This document shows positions 1 through 14,960 of a DNA stretch of 64,000 nt, piece after piece. Where the stretch lies: assembly GCF_009914755.1 (NCBI RefSeq), contig NC_060926.1; one strand, written 5' to 3'. This DNA comes from the human T2T-CHM13v2.0 reference genome, Homo sapiens. Position numbers and translations under genes: made by a program. Positions within the stretch are counted from its first letter, which is position 1. Each line of letters starts with the position of its first letter. The notes under the pieces were generated by a model. The model did not search any database. It had not been told where the DNA came from and saw only the letters and a program-made list of their open reading frames with translations.

Positions 1-26
1 ACAGGTGTGAGCCCCTGCGCCTGGCC
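1..26 (-). mobile_element. Alu 5' end (cut by window edge)
   Basis: ACAGGTGTGAGCCCCTGCGCCTGGCC is the reverse complement of the Alu start GGCCGGGCGCGGTGGCTCACGCCTGT. Confidence 0.9.
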
Positions 27-143
27 TAGATTCTTATTAGGTTAGAATGCCATGATCAGTTTTTGAGAGATGGAGAACTTGAGAATAATTAAGAATGCAG
101 ATTTTAATGCTTTAATATTTGGAAAATAAGAGAGCTTAAGACA

Positions 144-356
144 AGATTTTCTCAACCTCAGCCTTATTGACATTTTAGACTGGATAATTATTTGTTTTGG
201 GAGCTATGAATTGTAAATATTTAGCAGCATCTGTGGCTTCTCCTTACTAGTTTCCAATAGCACCCCCACTTCCCCAGTTGTAATAATCTACAGTGTCTCA
301 AGACATTGCCAAACATTCTTTGGGGAAACGAAATATCTCCTAGTTGATGATCCCTG
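144..356 (-). mobile_element. MER20 (hAT-Charlie non-autonomous DNA transposon)
   Basis: TTTCTCAACCTCAGC..TATTGACATTTT..AGCAGCATC..GACATTGCCAAA..GTTGA matches the reverse complement of the MER20 consensus over ~210 bp. Confidence 0.85.
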
Positions 357-2276
357 GCTTAAAGGTACTATAATCATTAATTTAGGCAGAAGGTGAGTGA
401 AAAAGAAACTGTGGATTATAATTGATTATTATATAGAATATATTATTAACTTTTTTCATTCCACCAAAGCCCAAATCAGAAGCAAACTAGATTTTTTTAA
501 ATTGTGTAATTAGCTCTTTTGAGAATATGCAATGCCTTTCAATTTATAGATTTCTAAAACAGGTATCTATAGTAAGTATAATTCTGAGGTTAAAATATTG
601 TCTGTTGGTAAAGCAGGTTTTTGAAAAATTTTGATATTATATCTACAATATTTGATTATTTTCTTTACGTTAACCCTTTATGAAATAAATATTGAGGACT
701 TCAAACATACTCTAATGTTAATAAAGAAATAGATAATATGCAGGTACCACCCACTCAGATTTAACAATACCTGGTCCTATTAGCTTCAGATATTTTTCTT
801 TCTTAGGATTTATGTTTGTTTCATTTGTTTTCTAATCTTGTAGTTAGAGTGTCTTCTTGCCCATCCTAATATGTGTGTTTCCTGCCCAGTGGTAATCAAT
901 TACCTGTAGATATTCTTTCTGTGTATGTTTTTATTGTACAATTTAGCTATGTCTATTTGCATCCATGATAGCACATAGTGTTGAGTTCTTGGTGGCTTTG
1001 TATGTTTTTACCTAAATGGCATCTCTCCGTGTTTATCTTTTTATTTTTTATTTTTCATTCAATTCATATATGCAAGATTTATTCATGTTGGCATATGTAA
1101 GTATTTGCACAGTAGGTACAATAAAATGCTGTGAAGCAATTAAAATAAATGAGCTGACTTAAGCACTTATAAACAGCACTGCTACAGACAAAATAGGGAC
1201 AATGTACAGTGCTTTTTAGTTCACTTATAAACTAAACTAAGCAGCTAAACCAAGGCATGAAAATTCCAGAATTGAAAATGTTTGATCTGTCATGACCCTA
1301 ACAGTACAGGAAGAACTGAAACATAGTCGGAAAAACATTCAGGCTCTTTTTGTTTTCCATGGGAAAAACATTAGCTTCCTAGAATCTGAGAGAGTGCCTG
1401 GGTGGGCAGAGAAGCCTGACCCTTCTCATGGGAGTAGAGGCCTGATGAGCCTTTCCAATGGCTCATCTGGATTTTAAAAAGGAACACATGGGAAAACCAC
1501 TAGGAAAGAACTCTTTACTCAACAGCAGGCTGTGCCTGACTCTAAACAGCAGCTTATTTCTGAGCTAGCCTGTCTTTGTTGGGTACAGCCTACGTATGAA
1601 GCCCAGGGGTAGCAAGCACAGGGTTTTTGAGAGCTGGAGACCTTGGTGGTTGGAAGGGGCCATATGCAGAAAGTAGTGTGGGGCTTAGAGGAATTTAGCA
1701 TATTGTGACCATAGCTCCAGTGAAAGTGGCCACTGCAGGAGGTGAAAATAATGCTGAGAGGGAAGAAACATGCCCTGTGGTCATGACTGAAGGCCCTACT
1801 ACTTCTGCCCAGGGGTCCAGGATAAAAGACTTGGACAACAATAGCAGGGATTCTTGAGCCATGGCACGGGGCGGATGACACCTGGAGGAGGCTAGGGGTC
1901 CAGTGTGTCCACTGATGGGTGTTTGAGTGACAGGGTTTTGTTGTTTTGCCTTTTCTTTGGTTAGTGCTCCTTGATTTAAAGTCCTCAGGCTGGTGGGACC
2001 TGGAAAAGCATCTAAAATTTATGAACGCAAGGAGTGTTTATCTATGTTTTGGTGCGCATTTCTTTAGACCTAGTAACTTGTCTAATGTTAAAGTTCTTTG
2101 AAAAATTAATGCTTGATTTAAAGCTCAATAAAACTGATAGGTCCAAGAAGATTCCAACATCAATTTCCCGTATGCTGAGTAGATAATTCTTTGTCTATAT
2201 TTTTGTATCAAGAAAGAACACAATCTCAAGATTTTTAAATTTGAGACTTGTGTCTCCTGAAATAAAATTTGGATGT

Positions 2277-2760
2277 TGTGTTAGTTTTACTTCACTACAA
2301 AAGCAGAGTCTGAGGCTCTGAGGCAATGACTTTCAGGCTGGTGGTTTATTTAGGATGTGGCATTAAGGAAAAGGAGGAAGGGAATGAGAGAGTGGAAAAT
2401 AGAAGAAAAGTCAAAACAAATACGCATTATCAAGTTGGATACAAACTAAATTCTACCACAACCTCTCTTGATGCATTATAGGATTATCCACAGAAAATGT
2501 CAACCTATGGGCTCCTTCCCTGTGGGTGGAGGGTTGTTAACTTAATCCCACTCCCAGGTTGTACATGTCTGAGTGCTCAGCAGGTGCTTGCAAGAATCTC
2601 ATGCACCAGAGAAGACCCAGGCAGAAAACTAGAGATCCCCGGTACAATTGAATTGAGGAGCTCTCCAGTTGTATCTGCACTAAGCAGGCTGCCACGGCAG
2701 TGGCAGGAGGAAACCCTGGACTAAGGGGATGTGAGAGAGGGCACAAGAAGTATTCTAAGA
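2277..2760 (-). mobile_element. Old ERVL-type solo LTR (LTR33-like), degraded
   Basis: AAGCAGAGTCTGAG..GTGGTTTATTTAGGATGTG resembles the antisense LTR33/LTR16 3' end; boundaries approximate. Confidence 0.45.
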
Positions 2761-4495
2761 CAGATGTGGAATTTTCAAGAATTAATTTACAGAACTTCAG
2801 GTTATAAAGATGTGATTCTCAATTTTGGCCAAAGGTCAAATATGAATAGGTATCAAATTTTAGGTTTGAGAAAAACTGCATGTTGAAAAACATTTTTTTC
2901 TTCCTTAGTCTAAAATGGTCTTTGCAAAAGACATCGACAGTAGACAACTTTTAGTTGGAGACATTCTTAAATTGCACTGATTTTTGATTTTGGAGGGAGC
3001 AGAGAGCAGTGATAGTATTGTTAATTAAAGAAACTATTAAGGAACATAGCATTTTATAGGAAAGATTTGAATAGGCTTATCAGTAATAATTTTTGCATAG
3101 TTGGCAATCAGACTCCGAACGAATAGAGTAGATGTTATCTCAAACTAAGGGCATTCAGATGCTGAGTCTATCAAATTATTATCAGGAGTGCTACGAGGGA
3201 GATAAGCCCATAACTATGAAGACAAAATCTTACAGTGATATTCTGAGAATTCAACTTTCAACAGGTAGATTGAAAGAATTACACATTTTTTTTCCAAAAG
3301 GCGCCTGTGACCCAAGTTATATAGTTTAAAATGCAGAGGGATGTATTATAATGCCCCACCTGCTGTCCTATCTAATTTAAAAGTAGTCTAGCACAACTCA
3401 TCAGGGAAGAAAAGAGAAAACAGGAAAAGAAATAAAATGAGCTTCTTCTGCTACATTTAAATAGTGCTGAATAATGATCCTAAGTTTTGTTGCTAACCCA
3501 GCAAGTACGCTGATCAATATTGTGCAAAGCCAAATGTAGTAGACTCAAAGCCAAATGCTATTTCAGAATACTTCATCATTTTTGCCAGCCTCGTGCAATG
3601 TTCAAAATGGGAAATATTTCATATGATCTCAGATATAGCAAAGTTCTTCTTGAGCTTGAAGTATAACTGAGAATTACAAGAAAAATGAAAAGTCTGGGGA
3701 ATTTATATCAAACTTAACAACAAAAAAAGACAAAATTAGGTATCTACTTTTTTATGTGTAACTATTTCCTTTATTTTTAATAAAGTATAAATTAAACCAA
3801 TATTTAGATTTTTTTGCTTTTAGTTTTGGAGGAATGATCATACATAGTTATACTTTAAAACAGCACCAATTAAAAATCTTGTTATGGTCAACTTTGTATT
3901 AGAATAAACACTGGCATTATAAGCATAGTATTTAAATTATCTTTGTTAAACCTTTGGCAGAATGTATCATGCCTATGCCTAAATTGATCTTTTCTTAAAG
4001 AACACAGATATTCTCCAGTTATTGCATCTTATCACACCCATATATGTAAGTATATATGTATGGAATACAATTCTCCTCTTTTACATTATAATATAATTCT
4101 AATTACACTTTATCTCATCATCAACTCCTTTTTTCTCCATGATGACTTTGTGATTTTCAGCTGAAAGTTCTGTTTTTAAGTTGATATTTAGTTTGTTAAA
4201 AAGACTTTTAGAACATTAAATAAATGTCAGTAATTCTGAGAGACTGAAAATCTATCACAGAAATATTTTTCTAGGAAATAGTGTCAGGTAGAAATGAACT
4301 GCATCTGAGAATTTCTCATATCTTTTTGATGTATCTTTTCTCCTTGGGCATTCCTACTCATTTAGTATCTACAATAATTTAGGGGATTCAATATGTTATC
4401 TCCTTCAAGGAAAATAAAGCATGACTTAATTTCCAAAGGATTGAAGTAATATTATTTTATAAAAATTGGTAGATAGATTTTTTTTGCTTTGCTTC

Positions 4496-7371
<2,876 letters not shown>

Positions 7372-9184
7372 TCAAGTAGCATCACTATTAAGTTGCTATT
7401 CTATTGGGGAATGCCAGTTTTCTAGATTGTTGACAAATCAAAAATGTTAGAATAGGATATTTAAGAAACTGAAAGTATTTTAAATAGCATGAGAATAAAG
7501 AGAATATCATTCCAAGTAAGTACCATTTTTCATCCAGCCTAGCATTCAGACTGAGAAAGACATCAAAGAATTTGGGAGTTTTTTTCAAATGTCAAACTAA
7601 AAATTCATAGGTGTTCCTTAAAACACCCATAACATTCTAGGTCAATCATCTTGACTGTTCTCCAAAATATACTTCCAAACCCATTTACATTCCAGAAGTT
7701 GGTATTATTATTCCACATCTTCTAACTGGGAGCAATGTCCATGTATTTTCTTCTTTCATTGTTAAAAATTAAGTATCTTTATTAACAAGACCTCTGGCAC
7801 ATCCCTCGGGGCCTAAAACACTGAAGATCTGAATTGGTTTTCTTCTGTGTATATGCTTGAATATAGATGTTTTTGTTTTTGTTCGTTTTTTACGGGACTA
7901 GGGAGGAAAAGAGGTTTTGTTTTAAAAGTTTACCTAAACCGCCCCCTGTACATCAATCAAGTTCTATTTAACTGGGATGATCTGGAAGGGCTGTCTTTGA
8001 AATTTGCACCTGAAACTTTTGCTAATCCCTCAAGCCTCTGCTTGCTTATATGTATAAAGACTCTACAGATCAGTGAGTTTTAATAGGTACTAGTATGTTG
8101 GAGAAGTTTCCAGAAGAAAAACAAATTTAGTCTTCCTTGGCAACTCCCTTTTAAGGTGAAAGTATTGACAACAAGCAGTTTTAACACATTCACTAGAAAA
8201 TATGGTGTATCCTGAGATAATACAATAAAGATCTTCTAGAGAACTTTTGAAACCTTGTGAAAACTTACTGATCACTGATTTTTTCCACTGGAAACACCAG
8301 TAGTGTAAGAATAAGTCTGAAATCAATTTCTGTTGATATGTGTAAGCCCTTTATTGAAGGTTCAAAAAATTGCATGAATTAGTGTCTAAAATATTTAGCA
8401 CATTTTCAGTTACTATATTTTCGTCATCATCATTATCAACATCATGTCTAACATTTTTTGAAGATTTACTACATATTAAGCACAATTCTAAGCACTGCAC
8501 ACATTAACTTTTTAAATCTTTATGAAAACCCTATAAATACTCCTATATTCCTAATATGTAGATAATGTTCTTAAAATTAATTGTAGTTAAAAAATTTAGG
8601 TAGATGATAGACAGATTGGTAGATAAATATTAGATGACTAGGCAGATATTAGATACCTGATATTAGATAGAGAGATATCAAAAGTAAACTACTACTGTAA
8701 ATAATATCAAATAATATATTTATTTTCTAGGCAATTGACAATGACAGCAAAGAACCTCTAGCCATAGGTAATGTTCTACCTGTATTTTGTAGAATGGGCT
8801 GTATTTCTATGATATGTAGAATGACATAATGGACACTAGAGAAGAGGGTTTGCAAAGCTAATAGCAGTAATTCTTATGTAAAGCAATTTCTCTCTCTCCT
8901 TCCATTACCACCCTCTATCCACTGGATTCCTATGGAGTTCCAAGACCCAAGACTAAAGGTACATGAACTGGTAAGGCTTAGAGGACATTTGGGTTTGGAA
9001 GTTAACTCCTATTATGATTCTCAGAAAGACTGATTCCTAAGATTTGATGAAATAAAATGTATGTGTTCTTAGAAAATGATAATAGTTGAGTTTAATAGCA
9101 AAAGATCAAACAATTTGAAAGTACACCCTATGTCAAAAAGACATGTTTCTGAATTAAAGTGTAACAAAAGCCTTAAAAATCTGA

Positions 9185-9476
9185 AGCTGGGCATGGTGAC
9201 TCATGCCTGTAATCACAGTAATTTGAGAGGCTGAGGCAGGAGAATTGCTTGAAGCCAGGAGTTTGAGACCAGCCTGGACATAGTGAGACCCCATTCCTAC
9301 CAAAAATAATAATAATAATCAAAAAAATAGCTGGATATAGTGGTGCATGTCTGTAGTCCTGGCTACTCAGGAGGCTGAGGCAGGAGGATCACTTGAGCAC
9401 AGGTGGTAAAGGCTGCAGTGAGCTGTGATCACACCACTTCACTCCAGCGTGGGCAGCAGAGTGAAACTCTGGACAA
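9185..9476 (+). mobile_element. AluJ
   Basis: Dimeric Alu with J-type GGAGGATCACTTGAGC and GGCTGCAGTGAGCTGTGATC; the tail is replaced by a GGAA repeat. Confidence 0.93.
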
Positions 9477-9592
9477 AAGGAAGGAAGGAAGGAAGGAAGG
9501 AAGGAAGGAAGGAAGGAAGGAAGGAGGGAGGGAAGGAAGGAAGGAAGGAAGGAAGGAAGGAGGGAGGGAAGGGAGGGAGGGAGGGAGGGAAG
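9477..9592. repeat. (GGAA)n/(GGAG)n polypurine microsatellite
   Basis: 11 consecutive GGAA (9479-9522), 2 GGAG, 7 GGAA, then GGGA units. Confidence 0.97.
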
Positions 9593-11961
9593 AAAATTTG
9601 AATAAGAATAAGTGGATTAAAAGATACTAATACTTAACATTATAGACCACTCATTCAGGTTGCACTTATAAAAATGCTTTTAAAATATATATATATTGAA
9701 AGTGGTTAGATGCAGTTGAGATATCCAGTTGCATATCTGTGTCATAAAATATCAGTGACAAATGACATACTGCAAAAAGATGGCTTTCTTTGTTAACAGT
9801 TTGATCTCTTACAAGATTAACAAAGCAATGAGTATATTTACTATTCTAAAGTTAACTGCAATCAATAATAACATGATTGGTGAACTAGCAATGTTCTTGG
9901 GAAAATGTGACAATTGTCATGGTGAAGACTATTAGAGATTATAAGAGTTTTCCATTTTTAGTCTGCAAAACTCATCTTAGGGGTAGGCTATAATATACCT
10001 TTTTGACCTATGCTAGCTATTTCAGCAAGCAGTAGGTGTTAGTTACCTAGTGTCATTTTTATTATATTCTGAGTTGGTTATGTAAGGAAAAAATGGAGGG
10101 GGTAAGGTCTTGAATAATTGACCTCTCTTTGAGGCTAAATTATACTTAAACCATCTCTGAAATATAGGTGATTAAACGATCTATTTCAAAATGTTCTCAA
10201 CTTTAATATATAGTACAAATAGGAGGACAAACTGATGATTTCTTTCATATCGAGCAACTAACAAATTATCAAGCATTTCTTAAGTGCCTACTTTATGCTA
10301 AGAAATTAATGTAGCTGAAAACATTTGATTATTCTTCATCCTTCTTTTTCCAACTGAGTAATAGTTTCTTAACTTTTTCTCATTTAAATAACTTAAACAT
10401 ATATAATAAAATATTGTACTTTACAGGCATATTTTCTTCCAACCCTGTGTTTTATATTTAACCATAGTTAATTATTTTGCCTTTAAATGCTTTTAGATGG
10501 TGCAATTTGTTCTGACTGCCTTAGCTTTTCTCTTCGGTCACACAGCTGGAGTGAACATGAAAACTCCATGGAGCACGTCTCTCTGGGTGAACATTTTTAA
10601 AAAAATCACAACTGGTAGGCAAAAAGCCATTTCCTCTAGTCAGGCTGTGGTTATCTTGATCTAGCATGACAAATTGGTGTTCCCAGAGTGGCTGCAAAGT
10701 AATCAGACTGTGACAAATGGTTTACTTATAGCAATTTGTTTCCATTTTACTGAAAATTTCTACAGTCTTAAAAAAATAAAAAGATTTTTAATGGTATTTG
10801 AACATTGTTGAAAGTGAACTGCTTGAAATGGCCAAAGCTGGAATCTAGAATCATTATGCTTTCCCATAAGATATGACCAGAAACGTGACATCCTGGGTCA
10901 TGGATTGCTAGAAGGAATTCACTCTTCAGTCCACTGTTCACAGAACCGAGTGACTCCAAGGCAAGAATTTCAAGCTCCACTCATCAAGACTTACCAGATA
11001 GATTACTTAAAAACTCTGTTCTCATTCTAGACTAAAGTTTCAATGGTCATTTAGTTTGCTATAATTAATCTTTTCTAAGGGTCTGCCTCAAGCCCAGCAA
11101 GATTTGTTTTTGCTGAAATGAAAAAACATCGGTTTGAGATTGGATTCTCTGTCACCTCGCTTCCTCTTTCTGGAATGGTACTCTCATATCTCTACGTCTT
11201 TCTGTTTATCTTTTAGCAAGTTTATCTTCTCTCCTTGGTTGGACACTCCACAGTGACTCAAACCCATTCATCCTGTGCCCTGACTGACTTGTTTCCTAGT
11301 CAGTGCAGTCTTCTGTCTCTTCCTCACTTCAGAGGCCATCTATGAATGGCCTTCAATGAGGCCCTCCAGGTACTTACAGACCTCCTTCTTCGTTCCAGAT
11401 TTCATGAGGGAAAATAGAATTAGAGCATAAAAAGGGCAAGGTACAGTGTTAAGAGTTAGCTCTGTACTAGGCAGACAAGTAAAGTGATTTGCCTATGTTA
11501 TCTCATGTTACCCAGAAAAGTCAGTTTGATTCTCCCTATTTTATAGGTAAAGGTAACTAAGAAAGATGACATAAATTGTTAGAGATTAAGTATCTGTGAC
11601 ATTTTCTTGCCTGCTTTCTCAACACCATGACTTATTTTTATCTCTCAATTTGTAAGTAGTCTGAGGAATTTGTTTTTTTCCATTGGTTTGTGTTGTGAAT
11701 TAATGTAACTGACAAAAAAAAGTAAGAAAAATTTCTATGTATTAGTTTATAATAGCTAATAATCTAGATACCCAATGGAAAAGAAAAGAAATGAATTATT
11801 AAAGCCATTGCACTGTTAAGTTTTTCAATTCACACACATCCCTTTTCAAGCCACTTGCATTACTCTGTTACTTGGTATTTTAACATCATACTATATTACC
11901 TCTTTGATTTTGTTGTTTCTTCTCTTAAGAGTACCAAATACGAAAACTTCCTAAACAAGAA

Positions 11962-12240
<279 letters not shown>

Positions 12241-12398
12241 TAGAAATGTTGTTTTTTATTCTTCATAATATATCTTTATAAGACTAGTTATAATATTACA
12301 TAGTAATTTCCATATGTCAGTATTGTCTAATAATTATTTGAAATTCTGTGCAATACCATGGGATTTCAATTAACTGAAACTTAAATGAGTCACAACTC

Positions 12399-12773
12399 TG
12401 TCAGGCCTCTGAGCCCAAGCCTGCCCATATACATCCAGATGGCCTGAAGCAACTGAAGAATCACAAAAGAAGTGAAAATGGCCAATTCCTGCCTTAACTG
12501 ATGACATTACCTTGTGAAATTCCTTATCCTGGACAATAAGTCTCCGGAGGTCCCCACCGAGCACCTTGTGACCCTCGCCCCTGCCTGCAAGAGAACAACC
12601 CCCTTTGACTATAATTTTCCACTACCTACCCAAATCCTATAAAACTACCCCACCCCTAACTCCCTTTGCTGACTCTCTTTTCGGATTCAGCCCACTTGCC
12701 CCCAGGTGATTAAAAGGCTTTATTGCTCACACAAAGCCTGTTTGGGGATCTCTTCACATAGACGCATGTGACA
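12399..12773 (+). promoter_or_regulatory. HERV-H 5' LTR (LTR7 family)
   Basis: TG...CA termini; TATAAAA at 12638-12644; ATTAAA at 12709-12714. Confidence 0.95.
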
Positions 12774-12775
12774 TT

Positions 12776-12794
12776 TGGTGCCAAAGACCCGAGA
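12776..12794 (+). other. Primer-binding site, tRNA-Phe-like
   Basis: TGGTGCCAAAGACCCGAGA versus the Phe complement TGGTGCCGAAACCCGGGA: 16/18 matches plus a 1-nt insertion. Confidence 0.8.
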
Positions 12795-13319
12795 CAGGAG
12801 GACTCCTTCAGGAGACTGGCCCCCTGTCCTTGCCCTCATTCTGTGAGGAGATCCACCTACAACATCAGGTCCTCAGACCAAGCAGCCCAAGGAATATCTC
12901 ACCAATTTCAAATCTGGTAAGCCATCTTTTCACTCCCTTCTCGAGCATCTCTCACTACCTTTCAATCTCCCTGTCCTTCTAATTCCAGTTCTTTTTCCTC
13001 TCTAGTAGGAAAAAAGGAGACACATTTTATCCATGGACCCAAAACTCTGGCACCAGCTATGGACTCAGGAAGACAGTCTTCCCTTGGTGTTTAATCACTG
13101 CAGGGATGCCTGCCTGATTATTCACCCACACCCCATTGGTGTCTGATCACTGCAGGGATGCCTGCCTTGGTCATTCACCCACATTCCCTTGGTGGCAAGT
13201 CAGTTGCAGGGACACCTGCTTTGGCTGCTCACCCACATTACAGCCCAGGGCTGCTCACTACCCCCTTCTCCATGTCTCTACCCTCTCTCCTCTCTTTTCT
13301 CTGGGCTTGCCTCCTTCAC

Positions 13320-14540
13320 TATGGACAAACTTCCACCCTCCATTCCTCCTCCTTCTCCCTTAGCCTGTGTTCTCAAGAACTTAAAACCTCTTCAACTCAT
13401 ACTTGACCTAAAACCTACATGCCTTATTTTCTTCTGCAATATCACTTGACCCCAATACAAACTCAACAATGGTTCCAAATAGCCAGAAAACGGCACTTTC
13501 GATTTCTCCATCCTACAAGATCTAGATAATTCTTGTCGTAAAATGGGCAAATGATCTGAGGTGCCTGATGTCCAGGCATTCTTTTACATATCGGTCCCTT
13601 CCTAATCTCTGCTCCCAATGCGACTCATCCCAAATCTTTCTTCTTTCTCTCCTGTCTGTTCCTTCAGTCTCTACCCCAGCTCTGAGTCCTGTGAATCCTT
13701 TTCTACAGACCCATCTAACCTCTCCCCTCCTTCCCAGGCTGCTCCTTGCAAGGCCACAGCAAGTCCCTCAGCCTCTGCTCCCCCACCCTATAATCCTTCT
13801 ATCACTTCCACTCCTCACACCCGGTCTGGCTTACAGTTTCGTTCCGCGACTAGCCCTCCCCCACCTGCCCGACAATTTCCTCTTAAAGAGGAGGCTGGAG
13901 CTGAAAGCACAGTCAAGGTTAATGCTCCTTTTTTATTTATCCGACCTCTCCCAAATCAGTTAGCGTTTAGGCTCTTTTTCATCAAATATAAAAACCCAGC
14001 TCAGTTCATGGCTCATTTGGCAACAACCCTTAGACGTTTTACCACCCTAGACCCAGAGAGGCCAGAACGCTGTCTTATTTTCAATATGCATTTTATTATC
14101 CAATCTGCTTCTGACATTAGAAAAAGCTCCCAAAATTAGATTCTGGCCCTCAAACCCCACAACAGGACTTAATTAACCTCTCCTTCAAGGTGCACAATAA
14201 TAGAGAAGAGGTGCAATTACTTGCCTCCACTGTGAGAGAAACCCCAGCCACATCTCCAGCAATAAGAACTTCAAAACACCTAAGCCACAGCAGTCAGGCA
14301 TTCCTTCAGGACCTCCTCCCTCAGGGATCTTGCTTCAAGTGCCAGAAATCTGGCCACTGGGCCAAGGAATGCCTGCATCCCGGGATTCCTCCTAAGCCGT
14401 GTCCCATCTGTGTGGAACCCCACTGGAAATCGGACGGTCCAACTTGCCTGGCAGCCACTCCCAGAGCCCCTGGAATTCTGGCCCAAGGCTCTCTGACTGA
14501 CTCCTTTCCAGATCTTCTTGGCTTAGTGGCTGAAGACTGA
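13320..14540 (+). pseudogene. gag: HERV-H gag remnant
   Basis: PPPY late motif (APPPYNP); intact CCHC knuckle CFKCQKSGHWAKEC and a degenerate second knuckle CPICVEPHWKSDG; stops and frameshifts. Confidence 0.9.
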
Positions 14541-14579
14541 TGCTGCCCTTTCGCCTCGGAAGGCTCCTAGACCATCACA

Positions 14580-14960
14580 TACACTTTGGGTAACTCTTAC
14601 AGTGGAGGGTAATTCCATCCCCTTCTTAATCAATATGGAGGCTACCCACTCCACATTACCTTCTTTTCAAGGGCCTGTTTCCCTTGCCTCCATAACTGTT
14701 GTGGGTGTTGATGGCCAGGCTTCTAAACCTCTTAAAACTCCCCAACTCTGATGCTAACTTGGACAACATTCTTTTATGCACTCCTTTTTAGTTATCCTCA
14801 CCTGCCCAGTTCCCTTATTAGGTCGAGACATTTTGATTAAATTATCTGCATCCCTGACTATTCATAGGCTACAGCCACACCTCATTGCCATCCTTTTCCC
14901 CAGTTCAAAGCCTCCTTCACATCCTCCCCTTGTATCTCCCCACCTTAATCCACAAGTATA
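14580..14960 (+). pseudogene. pro: HERV-H protease remnant
   Basis: FLINMEATHS (degenerate DTGA motif) and PLLGRDIL motif. Confidence 0.85.

Noticed and set aside
1200-1950. GC-richer stretch with a GGGGCGG box and a 120-aa ORF
   Set aside because: No CpG island and no recognisable domain; it may be an unassigned old LTR.
8731-8767. Possible 37-nt + strand micro-exon (TTTTCTAG|...ATAG|GTAATG; AIDNDSKEPLAI)
   Set aside because: No recognisable protein and no partner exons; such site pairs occur by chance in 64 kb.
9403-9630. ORF with (RKEG)n repeats
   Set aside because: It is a translation of the Alu end and the GGAA microsatellite.
13085-13245. Spaced repeats TCACTGCAGGGATGCCTGC, superficially CRISPR-like
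   Set aside because: These are the normal HERV-H leader tandem repeats; the DNA is eukaryotic and has no cas genes.
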